Assembly (NCBI GenBank): GCA_951406725.2
Contig: OX597818.1
Location: 96,472,001 to 96,536,000, forward strand
Origin: Octopus vulgaris
Taxonomy: Eukaryota
Direction: 5' to 3'
Length of the DNA stretch: 64,000 nucleotides
Position numbers and translations under genes: made by a program. Below the pieces are notes generated by a model, which had not been told where the DNA came from, made no database searches, and worked only from the letters and a program-made list of their open reading frames with translations. This document shows, piece after piece, positions 1-12,423 of the stretch. The stretch's first letter is position 1. Each line of letters opens with the position of its first letter.

Positions 1-19
1 CAAAGAACGGTATTTAATG
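1..19 (+). CDS. candidate 3' end of an internal coding exon (..QRTVFN-G, phase 1) of an unknown gene entering the window
   Basis: Open frame CAA AGA ACG GTA TTT AAT G followed by donor GTGAGC at 20-25. Its phase matches the two downstream acceptor candidates. Confidence 0.3.
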
Positions 20-206
20 GTGAGCCTGTTCATTCAACGTATAATACTGGGATGGCTAAATTTCTTCCTGGATGAGAAACATTTTTTATGTAATAAAGCA
101 ATACAAAAATGCTTATAAAAGCAAAACGTAGTCGTAAATATGAATAAACGAATGCCAGCCATTCAATAGCAAAGTAAAATAAGTTTATAAACAGCTTTTA
201 TTTCAG

Positions 207-243
207 ATGTATTAAAGAAACACGTCCAACAAAAATAATAAAG
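207..243 (+). CDS. candidate 37-nt cassette exon (phase-1 reading DVLKKHVQQK*)
   Basis: Acceptor TTTTATTTCAG ends at 206 and donor AAG|GTAAGT lies at 243/244; both are near consensus. Confidence 0.3.
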
Positions 244-370
244 GTAAGTTGAACATTTGCAACAGGGTTGAATATTGTGATAGAGTTTGATAGTGAAAGA
301 AGCAAACAGTAAACAGCGATGCCCACAAGAAATCAGCTATAACAGGTATATGATGTTAGAATATTTAAAC

Positions 371-592
371 CAGTGGTTCTCAACCTTTTTTTTACCTATA
401 GACATCTTCGATTCTAATTTTACTTTACAGGACCTCCATATCCATTCATTGTTTTAAAAAACAATACTATTGTACTTTTATAATTAAATATTATTAGGGA
501 TTATAGAAAAAATTAAAATATTCTGTGTATTTTAGAAGAATAAAGCAATTTTATTAACACAATCTTATATGGACCCCTGTTGAGAACCATTG
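371..592. mobile_element. hAT-Charlie-like MITE
   Basis: TIRs CAGTGGTTCTCAAC (371) and GTTGAGAACCATTG (592). Degenerate 8-bp flanks ATTTAAAC/GTCGAAAC fit a hAT TSD. No coding capacity. Confidence 0.7.
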
Positions 593-630
593 GTCGAAAC
601 AGAGTTTCTAATTACACTTCGTTGCAACAG

Positions 631-725
631 ACGAGAGAATAGCCCCTGTTATAGATCAGAACAGTGGGGATATAATTATCGAGGGGTCTCTGCCGACAGG
701 ACCTGTTATAGAGGAGGTCTGCTGA
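631..725 (+). CDS. candidate terminal coding exon, (D)ERIAPVIDQNSGDIIIEGSLPTGPVIEEVC*
   Basis: Branch-like CTAAT at 608-612, acceptor CAACAG ending at 630, GC-richer open frame to TGA at 723-725. The C-terminus resembles the Hsp70 GPTIEEVD motif. Confidence 0.4.
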
Positions 726-1736
726 TACATCGGCTCGGGTATTGAAGAGCTAAGGATGAACAAGTAACTATCTGTTATGCCCCTTCCTAAATTTTACAAT
801 CCCTTCAATTTTTCCCGGATACTACCTTCAAGGATCCGAAAGTACTTTTGTTCAACCGTGTCATATTTCCGCGGACATGTTTTAACTGGCTTCAAATAGA
901 CGTGTAAAAATGTACATATTTTTCTTCAGTTTTGTAAGAATTGCAATATGTGAGGTGTTCTTTTTTTTTTATTTTAACCAAATACTTCGAGAACGCTTGT
1001 ATCAGACATTTGATCAAGGAGAGTATTACAGAGAAAACCATTTTTAAGAGAACGTATCGTATATTGTAACCAATATATCGTAGTATATTCTAGTAAACAC
1101 AAGAGATATTTTCCGGCTAAAAACATGGCTACTTGATATTCATGTACTTCTAGCGCTTCCTTTCTTCCGGAGAATAAGTCCCCAGTTGTGAATACAATTA
1201 TTCTTTTGTCTTTTTCTTAAGATACGTACATACTTCGTTATTCGAGTACTTACGTCTTACATCAGAATTTCAAAAAGAAAAGATTGCAAGATTACATGGA
1301 GATAACATTCCTATTGAGAGAATATAATATTTCTATATAAAAATTTGCACTGAGAATATCCATATCAAATCAATATATATTCATGAATATCAATAATATA
1401 AAGGTCAAGATATAAATAGCAAATGTATTGGAGATCTCCATATATTGACTTCTGTGAACTATACACAATGCAGTAGATTTATTACTTTTCGTAAATATCT
1501 ATTGGGTCTGCAGGTAATTTCAAATACCTTGTTTTGAAGAGCTAGCGGTTACAATACGGTATTCATCATTGTAATCCGCATATATATATGTTGAGAAGGT
1601 TAACGATGGTCATATTTTAATATGTTGATTATATGTGCAAATGTGTGTGTTTACAAATGTGTGTACACTAACAAACTTTACAATATAGAAATGTGTCAAC
1701 GTATAAAGAATGTGTGTGAATCATTATATCTATAAG

Positions 1737-2172
<436 letters not shown>

Positions 2173-2246
2173 ATACATTCATGCATACATACGTGTCCGT
2201 ACAAGCATACACCATGCATACATAATACATACATACATACATACAT

Positions 2247-2301
<55 letters not shown>

Positions 2302-2544
2302 CGCATATGTAAATGAGACTGAATTAGTTAACCACCTGAAGACTCAGTACAGTTAGTCTTGTTACCAGCGTTTACCTGATTCTATGATTTAGATGCTCAA
2401 CACTCAACAGTTTACTCTGTCTAGCTGCAAGACGGTTGCAACGGGTGGCCAATTTCACAACTATAAGTAGCGAGCGTGCTACAAGAATACGGTCTTCGAT
2501 TGGAAAGAAAGTCTTGTTGCATTTCAAGATAAGAAAGGAACAAA

Positions 2545-3290
2545 TACTTATTTGGTCTTATTTGATATATTTAATTCAGATATTTCCGCTCCTTAATGAC
2601 ACAATCCCATGCTTTCGGCATATTGTTGAGTCATCAGGCTGTTTTCCTCTAAATAATGTTAGAATGATCTGAAAAAAAATCATAGTCAAATGAAGCAAGG
2701 TGGGAGAGTATGGAGGATGAGGCAAAAATTCAATATTGAGTTCTGTAATTTTTTTCCTTTGTGACTTGGGCAATCTGTGATGTCGAACCTCTTTGATTGT
2801 TCAATGACGGGCATGTTTCAGCAAATGTTTGCGCAATGCTTTCAACCGACGGCTATACTTCTCCGCATACTAAGGCGGCGAGCTGGCAGAATCGTTAGCA
2901 CGCCAGGCGAAATGCGTAGCCGTATTTCGTCTGCCGTTACGTTCTGAGTTCAAATTCCGCCGAGGTCGACTTTGCCTTTCATGCTTTCGGAGTCGATAAA
3001 TAAAGTACCAGTTACGCACTGGGGTCGATGTAATCGACTTAATCCCTTTGTCTGTCACTGTTTGTCCCCTCTATGTTTAGCTCCTTGTGGGAAATAAAGA
3101 AATATATATACTTCCCAGCATTAACTGTTTTGGCTTAACACTTCACGATAGACAACATCCTAAGTATCCCATCTTTGGACATAAAAAAAGAAACAGTTTT
3201 GTAAATTTCACAAATCTTATTTGACCACCTTCAAAACACTCCCCTTTCTCATAGTCTCCTATCGAGACTCAAATCTGTTCCTTTTCAGCG
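2545..3290 (-). mobile_element. decayed mariner transposase 3' part, interrupted by a SINE
   Basis: Minus-strand LNIEFLPHPPYSP matches the mariner HPPYSPDLAP motif; KTVNAGKY lies on the other side of the SINE. Confidence 0.65.
2874..3103 (+). mobile_element. SINE, family D (GGCGGCGAGCTGGCAGAA head)
   Basis: tRNA-like A/B boxes (TGGCAGAATCG..GTTCAAATTCC), internal GAGGTCGACTTTGCCTTTCATCC block and AATAAAGAAAT tail. Approximate TSD TATACTTC. Several other copies occur in the window. Confidence 0.8.
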
Positions 3291-3344
3291 ATGTTGTCAG
3301 CGTGGAGAAGAATCAGAAGTCACACGTTGCCAAGTCGGCAGAAT

Positions 3345-3573
3345 AGGATGAAAATCCAGTTTAAAGGTCACCGTTTCAACACCGTTGTTGAGATCCAGAG
3401 TGAATAACAGAAGGTCCTCGACTTGCTTACGGAAAACGACTTCCAGACCGGCTTCTCAAATTGGCAGCAACGCTGGAACCGGTGTATTGCTGCGCAAGGT
3501 GACTACTTCGAAGATGATGTTAAAACTTATGTTTTAAACATAACTAGTCCGGAAACGTTTTGATACAACCTCG
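3345..3573 (+). mobile_element. mariner transposon 3' fragment with right TIR
   Basis: Translates to MKIQFKGHRFNTVVEIQSE*QKVLDLLTENDFQTGFSNWQQRWNRCIAAQGDYFEDD, a typical mariner C-terminus, and ends TTTGATACAACCTCG-TA. Confidence 0.75.
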
Positions 3574-4338
3574 TACACCTTCAATTGAACGGGGTGCTTG
3601 TCTTCCAAGACTTCCAAGACTTGCTGTCTTAATCTACAACCGATTGGACTGGAGCAATATAAAATGAAATGCTTTCACTGGAGTATACAAAGCACTGTCC
3701 AGTCCGGAAATCGAAACTGTAATCTTATGCTCATGAATGCAATATGCTGAACACTAGTCCACTCGCCTTAACACGTTCGCAACAAGAAATAACAAAATTT
3801 CAGAGCGATAAACGAGATAAAACAGATCAACATTAAAACAATTTTTTAAAAATTATTTCTATAGAAATAAGATATCTACCCTTGATACTCGGTCTCCGGA
3901 AAACATTGCAGCATCATATAGAGAAAATTGGGTTTCATCAGGAGAGGTTATAAAAGATTTATATATAATAGCTGTGCTATGCTGTTTATGTAGAAGTATG
4001 AATAGTCGATAGTGTACGAAAATACCCAGTCACACGCAACCCATAAATCTTTCATAAATACCGCTGATGAAAACATCCTTGCAATTTGTATGTATTAACT
4101 GATAGAAATAACATATTCTCTGACAACTGCGAATTGACCTTAAACACCTTATTTCTATGGGACCAGATGTTGTCTTTTGAGTATTACTCTGTTTTAGATA
4201 ATTAATAGAATTGAACTTGATATTTTTCGTTGCTATTAAGAATTCTGGCCAATTTATATTTCCATGATAGAATATTTCACTGCAGCGCGGTGAAGCAAAA
4301 TACACACATACATACGGGCATACACACATACATAGATA

Positions 4339-4373
<35 letters not shown>

Positions 4374-4375
<2 letters not shown>

Positions 4376-4674
4376 AAGAAATGAGGTACTCAGAAGATCG
4401 GATGGTTTATATTTACAGATATTTATTTGTATATTACATTTCTTATATATATATCATTTCACTTAGATCATTAGCGCTTTCTACCATTCTAGTGGGGTTT
4501 TCAAATCAATTTGAAAACCCCACTAGAATGGGAGAAAGCGCTAATGATCTAAGTGATATGATATATATATAAGAAATGTAATATACAAATAAATATCTGT
4601 AAATATAAACCATCCGATCTTCTGAGTACCTCATTTCTTCTAATATATAATACCTGTACATCATCTCCAAACCT

Positions 4675-4680
<6 letters not shown>
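4374..4680. repeat. fold-back insert 2 (133-bp near-perfect palindrome), probably PLE-related
   Basis: Arms 4374-4506 and 4509-4641 with a 2-nt loop and 2 mismatches seen; flanked on both sides by (TA)n. Confidence 0.9.
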
Positions 4681-4744
<64 letters not shown>

Positions 4745-4953
4745 GGAAAACAGCTTTATAGAGCACACATGTGTTTCACCTAAATGTAATAATTGCATAA
4801 CAGTTATGTAAATATTATGCAATTTTGCATTGCACTTCATCAGTGCCCTGCAATAATGTTGAAAAGCTCCAAATATATATACTTTTCCGGTTATGCAGAT
4901 TATCAACAACTTCTCATACTATGCAATATAGCAGTGTCAAGAATAATGCTTAC

Positions 4954-5320
4954 CATTCTTCTATTGAATGCCTACAATTCTTCTATTGAATAAAGAAAAT
5001 TCATCCTCACTAGTGACAAAGGATTCGGAATCTATGCCTATGAAAGTCAGAAATCCAACACCCTTTTGTGGATATTCAGAACCTCCAGCACATCTTGTAT
5101 AAAGCTTGACCAAGGCACGCAATATTTATCTTCCTCAGAATCCATTGAGTGATTTCAGTTAGATATGTGGTGACCTCCAATCGAACTGTTACCTAAGTAG
5201 TACTCAAGTGCACATTGTCTGCTTTTTCATCTTTTCTTTTGATTTTTTTCCCAACCAAAACCCACCAAAAAAGCATATTACTGAAATTCAAATTACTGCT
5301 GCTGTTGTGGCATTTATAAA
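4954..5320 (-). promoter_or_regulatory. candidate TATA/Inr promoter plus first exon ending in ATG
   Basis: Minus strand: TATAAAT (~5318), TTCAGT Inr-like (~5285), non-repetitive stretch, then GAAGAATG|GTAAGC donor at 4954/4953. Confidence 0.2.
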
Positions 5321-5399
5321 AATATACATATGTCTGTACTGACACAAATATACATACATATTTAAATACATGCATAGGCATACACACACGCACACCCAC

Positions 5400-5401
5400 C
5401 C

Positions 5402-5434
<33 letters not shown>

Positions 5435-5446
5435 AATATATATATG

Positions 5447-5478
<32 letters not shown>

Positions 5479-5824
5479 TATAAACAAAATTAAGTGCAAT
5501 GTAAGAGAATGGGAGAGAGAAGGGGAATAAAGGAACAGAAGAAGAAGAAGGAGGAGAAGGAGGAGCAGAAGGGGAGGGGAGGAGCTGGTGGTGGAGGTGG
5601 AGGGGTGGAGGAGGAGGAGGAGGTAGATGAGATGAAGGGAGCATGTAGGTGAATGAGAGAGAGAGAAAGCGAGAGAGAGAGAGAGAGAAAGGGAAAGAGA
5701 AGGTGGCCGAATGACAGAGACGGAGAGAACAGGTAAGAATATTGACAATTCCTGGAATAAAATTCAGAGACGAAAACACAAAGGAGTGAAAGAGCGTGAG
5801 AGTAGTGTATGTGTGTGTGTATGT

Positions 5825-5890
<66 letters not shown>

Positions 5891-5990
5891 GTGTGTGTGT
5901 GTGCGTGAGAGAGAGAGAGAGAGAGATAGGGTGAGAGAAATGAGGGAGAATTTGAGACAGACAGACAGAGAGACAGAGACAGTGACAGAG
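5400..5990. repeat. compound (TA)n / GA-rich / (GT)n / (GA)n low-complexity block
   Basis: Seen directly in the sequence. Confidence 0.9.
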
Positions 5991-6371
5991 AGCGCGTTGA
6001 AATTAAAAATAGGTTGAAAAGCCGCTACAACAAAAGAGAATGATATACTGTGTAAGAAAAAAATATTGTTAAAACGGGCAAGAGAGTGATAGAAGTGCAG
6101 AGAAAGAGGCGGGGTAAAGGTAGAGTGAGAGAGAGAGAGAGAGAAAACTGCTTCCGGTCTAGCTGAGGTGACCTTGGGACATGGGACGTCGGCGAACATA
6201 TTCTAATTTATATGTTTATTTATTCTACTCATTTGTATGTATTTCTATTGACTTACTAGTTTACTTATTATTGTATAAATATTTATATATTTTCCTGTGA
6301 ATGAGAATCAAACAGGATATTTTTTTTGCCGATAAAGACAAAGTGAAAGCAATAGAAATTATTTTGAAGCT

Positions 6372-6383
6372 GTGTGTGTGTGT

Positions 6384-6433
<50 letters not shown>

Positions 6434-6545
6434 CAGACAGACAGACATAGAGTATTTATGTCTGTGTGTTAAGTAAGCTATCTTAGATAGGTATGTAGAT
6501 AGATAGATAGATAGACAGACGGATGGATATATGGATGGATGGATG

Positions 6546-6600
<55 letters not shown>

Positions 6601-6612
6601 GGCTAGATAGAT

Positions 6613-6675
<63 letters not shown>

Positions 6676-6700
6676 GGATGGATGGCTAGATAGATAGATG

Positions 6701-6759
<59 letters not shown>

Positions 6760-6794
6760 GGATGGATGGCTAGATAGATAGATGGATGGATGAC

Positions 6795-6874
<80 letters not shown>

Positions 6875-6936
6875 GATACATACATACATACATACATACA
6901 TACATACATACATACATACATACATACATACATACA

Positions 6937-6965
<29 letters not shown>
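6372..6965. repeat. compound microsatellite (GA)n-(GATA)n-(TACA)n
   Basis: Seen directly in the sequence. Confidence 0.95.
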
Positions 6966-6968
<3 letters not shown>

Positions 6969-7689
6969 GAGAGTGAAGAATAGATAAACAGAGAGAGGGA
7001 AAGAGAGATTGTTATAGAAATATAGTATAAATAGAAACTGTTTTATGTCTTTGCGTGTTTCAGTGTGTAGGCGTGTGAGTGGGAGGCATGGGGGGATTGT
7101 GGACAGTACGAGTCTGTGTTTGTGTGTGTTTGTGTGTGTGTGTATGCGTGTGTGTCTTGTGGATGGGGCTGGGATAAAGTGTGAAATTCAAATCACGGAG
7201 GAGAATTATTGACAACCAAGGTGAACGAAGAAAGTTAGATAGAGGTTAAACAAGTTAAAAAAATAAAGACTGAAATATAATGCAAGTGACAGATAAACAT
7301 TTTTGATGAATGAATAAAGACGAAAGAGTGAGAGCAAGATTGAAATTCTTCATCAACAATGACGACCGTAAAAGCAAGAACGACAAACACGACAACAAGG
7401 AACACCAACAACAATATTGATTTTTAAGTAGAGTCGATTAAATCAATGTAGCAGAAACTTTTTTCTGACATGGCCCACGATATTTTTGGTATCGTTTCTG
7501 ACCGGCCCAACGTCAACTAAATAATATTAAAAATTAATGTTAATACAATAATTAAATTAAAAACAAGCAGTGAAGACCAATACAGCAAAGAGTATTCTTT
7601 CGAATTCACAGACCCTCTCTTGGCTTCCTTGTAGACATTTCCGATGCTCAGAGTGTGATCTACTTTCCTTTCTTCAGCGACGTTTCTGC

Positions 7690-8050
7690 GGTTGATGAGG
7701 GTTTTGTTTTACAGTGTAAGACTGCTAACTCCACAATAAATCACGCACATGGTGGACGACCCATTAGTTTGACTTCCATAGAATAATCTATCCAACATGA
7801 CTAAAGTTGCCCAGTTGATTCAGTGGTATGTCGTAGTTTTGACCGCCTTGTGCGCTAACCGAAATCGTCGCCCCGCCCCTAAACGAGGCATGCTTTCGAC
7901 GATAGTAAATATAAGTATATAAAGTAGCTGCCCCATCCGATTCGAACAAGCTGCAGAGTCTGATCTATGCCACAGAGTAGGTTAAATTCTCCGCCGGTAT
8001 AACACTCTGAATCATAAAAAGCATGCAAACTTCCCCACCACGGCAATGCA
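7690..8050 (+). mobile_element. old RTE-like 5'-UTR / RTE-related SINE remnant
   Basis: Degenerate blocks (TTTTACAGTGTAAGACTGCTAAC...TCCAACATGACTAAAGTTGCC...GCAAACTTCCCCACCACGGCAA) resemble RTE 5' ends. Confidence 0.3.
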
Positions 8051-8317
8051 GAAGACTGAAGTATTAAATAGAATGCAGAGGTTCAACGACTTCGTTGTTT
8101 CCTGTTTCTTTCTAATATGATATGAAGAAAGTTATTTTCTAAATAAGCAAATGCTTCCGTGGCTAACGAGAAATTATATATATGAGCCCTACCTTGTGCA
8201 TCACTGGATGAAATACACCTCAGAACTTCAATGATATTTTACGCATCAAGAATAAGTAACTTATGAAGTTATATAATTTGCTAAAAATTACGGTCGGATG
8301 TGTTTTGAATCCGTTTC

Positions 8318-8689
8318 GTGGCACTCCGTCGGTTACGATGACGAGGGTTCCAGTTGATCTGATCAACGGAACTGCCTGCTCGTGAAATTAACGTGCAAGT
8401 GTCCGAGCACTCCACAGATACGTGTACCCTTAACGTAGTTCTCGGGGAGATTCAGCGTGACGCAGAGTGCTGGCCCTTTTAAATACAGAGGTACAACAGA
8501 AACAGGAAGAAAGAGTGAGAGAAAGATGTGGTGAAAGAGTACAGCAGAAATTGTCACCACCTCCTGCCGGAGCCTCGTAGAGCTTTAAGTGTTTTCATTC
8601 AATAAACACAACGCCCTGTCTGAGAATCGAAACGGCGATCCTACAACCGCGAGTCCGCTGCCCTAACCACTGGGCCATTGCACCTCCAC
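8318..8689 (-). mobile_element. SINE, tRNA-Arg-like head A plus tail T1
   Basis: Minus strand GTGGAGGTGCAATGGCCCAGTGGTTAGGGCAGCGGACTCGCGG head; the tail is shared with the 16093 copy. Confidence 0.85.
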
Positions 8690-9582
8690 AGAATCCCACT
8701 ATACCATTAAAAAATGTACGTAGTTTCCTTAGTGATAGTTGGCATTATAAGAGAGATAATCATTTCTGCATAATGGGACGAGGTTAGAAATTAAAATGTG
8801 AAATTAAAGAATTACATTGAAAAAGATGTATGGAATTTACAATTTTTTGTTTACTTTTCGCAAAGTTCTTACCGTCGCGGGGTAAACATGCTCGGCACTA
8901 TTTCATCCTTTTTAGAAATCGTCATCATTATATAAAATGTAACTCATTAATTAAACATCATTTTATGACGTGAAACATGTCATTAAAGAGAAAATTAATT
9001 ACAAACTGGTTGAAATTCATGGGATGCGTTTCTTTTCTTCATAGAATATTAGTAATTTAGGAATCGAGAAAAAAGAAGGAATGTTCTTAATGTTTACATA
9101 TAACATAATGACTGTTTCTTGAAGAAATGTTGTCCAAAGTATGCTAAATTTATGCCTCAGTATAGTGTCTATGTACATATCGATATATTCTTTGCCACAT
9201 TCTCAGTCGTAGGATAAAATCTCTCCTAACATCATTAAACATATACCAACAACATCGAATTAGATCAATGAATTTCACACTTTATTCTAACTCCCAGCCG
9301 ATCCACAAAATACACATGCATACAAACACGCACAAACACACACATATTCTGTCCATAACCCCCCGCGCCTCTCACTCACATGGCTACAATTAGAACATGC
9401 TACAGCTTTGTAAGTTATGCTGCAAATAGCAGGTTCAGGTAACAAAACAATTCTGAGAACGTAGCGGCCAGTTTTCAAAATTCCGCAATAAAAATAGCAG
9501 CATTATGTTAATAGATACAACATTCCATTTATAAATGAAAACTGTGTGGTATGTAGAAAAATACCAATAGCTTGTCGCGAAG

Positions 9583-9676
<94 letters not shown>

Positions 9677-9679
<3 letters not shown>

Positions 9680-9955
9680 GCAAATTAGCTAGTTAGAAAA
9701 GCTCTATAAGAAATGAAAGCAGTAACTATATTGAGAGTTGATGTTTATCGCCACTTAAACATGATTATTCCGTAGGAACCGATGTGACTGATCTCTTTAA
9801 CTCTGGGAGGACGCCTCCTCCTGCAGGTTATTCGATGCAATCTGCACCCCATTTATATATTGCAAGCAGGGGAGTGAACCCCATACCCTCTTCCAACCAC
9901 GAGACCACCAGACCATACGGTTTCGACCTCTTTGCGGTCATTCTCGGTGATAGAT
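9677..9955 (-). mobile_element. PLE-like 3' end with degenerate hammerhead; diverged relative of the 63098-63460 element
   Basis: Minus strand GACC-GCAAAGA-GGTC-GAAAC-CGTATG-GTC-TGGTG, then GGAGGAGGCGTCCTCC and a 3' tail co-linear with the 63 kb element; abuts (TG)n/(TA)n. Confidence 0.55.
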
Positions 9956-10336
9956 ACTCGTCCGCTAGAGATAAAATCTTTAATATGATCAAACTGATCG
10001 TACATAGAAAAGGACATCACAAGACAAACAAATACAAAAATGTTAAATGAGTTCGAATGAGCATTATGTTAAAAATTTACTTAAAAATTATTTTATATAA
10101 CGATTAATTTTTACCTTTAACTAGAACTTTTTTTAAAACGAGGAAAGAAAACGAATAAAAGTTCAAAAAGATCGAACCCTGCAGCCTATAAGGCCCATCA
10201 ACTATCTTTTCCTTTCATCAATGATTAAGCTGGGTTACTAACACCCACCTTTCTCATCACATCCTTCCATTGTTTTTCGTATTCACTCGGTGGAGGGGTT
10301 TTCCTCTCCAACCCCATCTGTATATAATTATATATA

Positions 10337-12275
10337 CAGTATCTCACAGAAGTATGTACTCCCTTAAAAAATTTCAGTAAACTTGCCATTACTCAGATAA
10401 TATCGAAGAAAATCAAACGAAATTTATACTGAATAAAATATTATTATACATGCAAATATTATACAAATTTGGAACACAAAACAATAAACATTTTCAAAAA
10501 TATGAACGAAATATTAATTTTTAAACGATACAAAAGTATGTACACCCTAAAAGATTATTTGCTATATTTAATAATTGGTGTGACCACCCGTGCATTAAGT
10601 CTTCTATATGCATTTAGTCGCCTAAATTTCCGCATATGACCGATGAAATCGACCTCTATTCATCCTGAATGATATTTTTCAACTGTGTTATATTGTGGGG
10701 TTTTTTCTCCTCAACCATCCTTTTCAAAACACCCTACAGATGTTCTCTTGGGTATAAATCAGGTGACATGGTAGGCCAAGGTAACAGATAAACACTTAAT
10801 CGTCATCTTTGAAGTGTGTTTAGGGTTATTATCATGTTGGAACATGGAATGTCTTCCTAGTTCCTTGATGCTTTTCAACATTGTTTTCTGCAATATGTCA
10901 TAATAAAGACTTCATCCATTGTTCTCTCAATAAATGTGAGTCCTCCTACACTAGCCGCGCTCATGCATCCCCAAAGCATAACACTTTGTCCCCGTGTTTC
11001 ACAGTAGGCACGGTGCATTTGTCGTTATTATCTTCACCTGATCGTCGACATACTCGTTTAATACCATCTGACCCAAACAAGTTGATTTTAGTCTTTTCAG
11101 AAAAAAGAATTTTATTCAAAAATTCTTCCCCTTATTCATATAGATTTCAGCAAAAGAAAGACAACTTGGTTTATGTCTAGTAGTGAGGAGAGGCCTCCTA
11201 CGAGGAATGCATCCATGAAGACCACACTGGTTCAAACTTCGGCGATACACTCTTTCCACTAACAGAAGACACTTCTTGGGTCAAAGATGAAGCAGTACGA
11301 CGCTTATCGTCCATCACGCAACGTCGGATGTGACGAATATCAGAGGGGGAGACCCCCTTCGGTCATGAATGACCATGGGATTGCACCTAGAAAGTTACGC
11401 TCCGAGGCACAAATCCGGGCAAGTTTGCTTGTAGAAGGCCAGCAGTCGCCCATGTTACCAGCCTCCCCTCTCCACACCACTGATGTTATCCATGGGAAAA
11501 GCAAAGGCCAATACAGCTTGGTACCAGTGATGTCGCAACTCAGTTCTACAGCTGGGTTAACTGGAGCAACGTGAAATAAAGTGTCTTGCTCAAGAACACA
11601 ACACGTATCTCGATCCGGGAATCAAACTTACAACTTCACGATCGTAAGCTCGACGCTCTAACCGCTGAGCCATGCGCCTACACGCGAATATCACGCGCAG
11701 TTAAAATAGAAGGACGACCTGGACCATGTTTATTACTTAGCCATTCTGTAGCTTTGTACTCCTGAATTACTTTGGCAACTGTGTTTACGCTAATATGTAT
11801 TCGTTTGCTATTTAACTTGTATCCTAAACCATTCTTGTGCAAATTAAAAATAATTTTCTTCAAATCTTCAGACAATTCGTTTCCTTTTGGTGACGTTTTA
11901 ATCATAATGATTTTCACCATGGTACACAAATCAGAATTCCTGCAGATGCATTAACAATGATCAATGCAAAAATGCCAGGAGAAATAATTTATTAGTAATA
12001 AAATTATCAGCAATATCTGAATTTAGTGAAAAAGTGGATAAAATATTGAATAGAGTAAATTTCCTTTCAAGTGTACGTATTTTTGTAACATTTGAAAATT
12101 AATATTTCGTTCATTTTTTGAAAATTTTTATTGTTTTGAGTTCCATATTTGCATAATGTTTGCATGTATAATATATTTTATTAAGTATAAATTTCGTTTG
12201 GTTTCCTTTGATATCAGAGAAATGGCAATTTTTACTGAAATTCTTTAGGGTTGTACATACTTCTGTGAGATACTA
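10337..12275 (-). mobile_element. Tc1-family DNA transposon (DD34E) with about 210-bp IR/DR termini, defective transposase
   Basis: TIR CAGTATCTCACAGAAGTATGTAC and TA TSD. Transposase N-terminus from ~11920 (ELSEDLKKIIFNLHKNGLGYK..GPGRP), plus TVKHG, FQHDNNPKH and WPTMSPDL motifs, with stops and frameshifts. Confidence 0.9.
11345..11679 (-). mobile_element. SINE, head B plus tail T3, inserted in the Tc1 transposase
   Basis: Head GGCGCATGGCTCAGCGGTTAGAGCGTCGAGC..TTGAGCAAGACACTT; about 9-bp TSD CGAATATCA. The transposase frame resumes after it (DIRHIRRCVMDDKRRTAS). Confidence 0.85.
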
Positions 12276-12379
12276 TATATGTTCATACAATTAATACTGT
12301 GCAATTGGCATGATACTATCATTGCACAGCTGGAACTTATGCGGTAAATGTGATACTAAGATCTCCATTCTTTACCTGT

Positions 12380-12423
<44 letters not shown>

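Noticed and set aside
4791-4850. Short hairpin AATTGCATAA..TTATGCAATT and a miR-92-like seed ATTGCAC
   Set aside because: The stem is too short for a pre-miRNA and there is no match beyond the seed.
5288-6199. 303-aa minus-strand ORF with poly-Pro and His-Thr tracts
   Set aside because: It spans (GA)n, (GT)n, (TA)n and GGA repeats, with no domain signal.
8600-8689. tRNA-like sequences here and at other SINE heads
   Set aside because: They have A/B boxes but no complete cloverleaf and continue into SINE bodies, so they are not tRNA genes.
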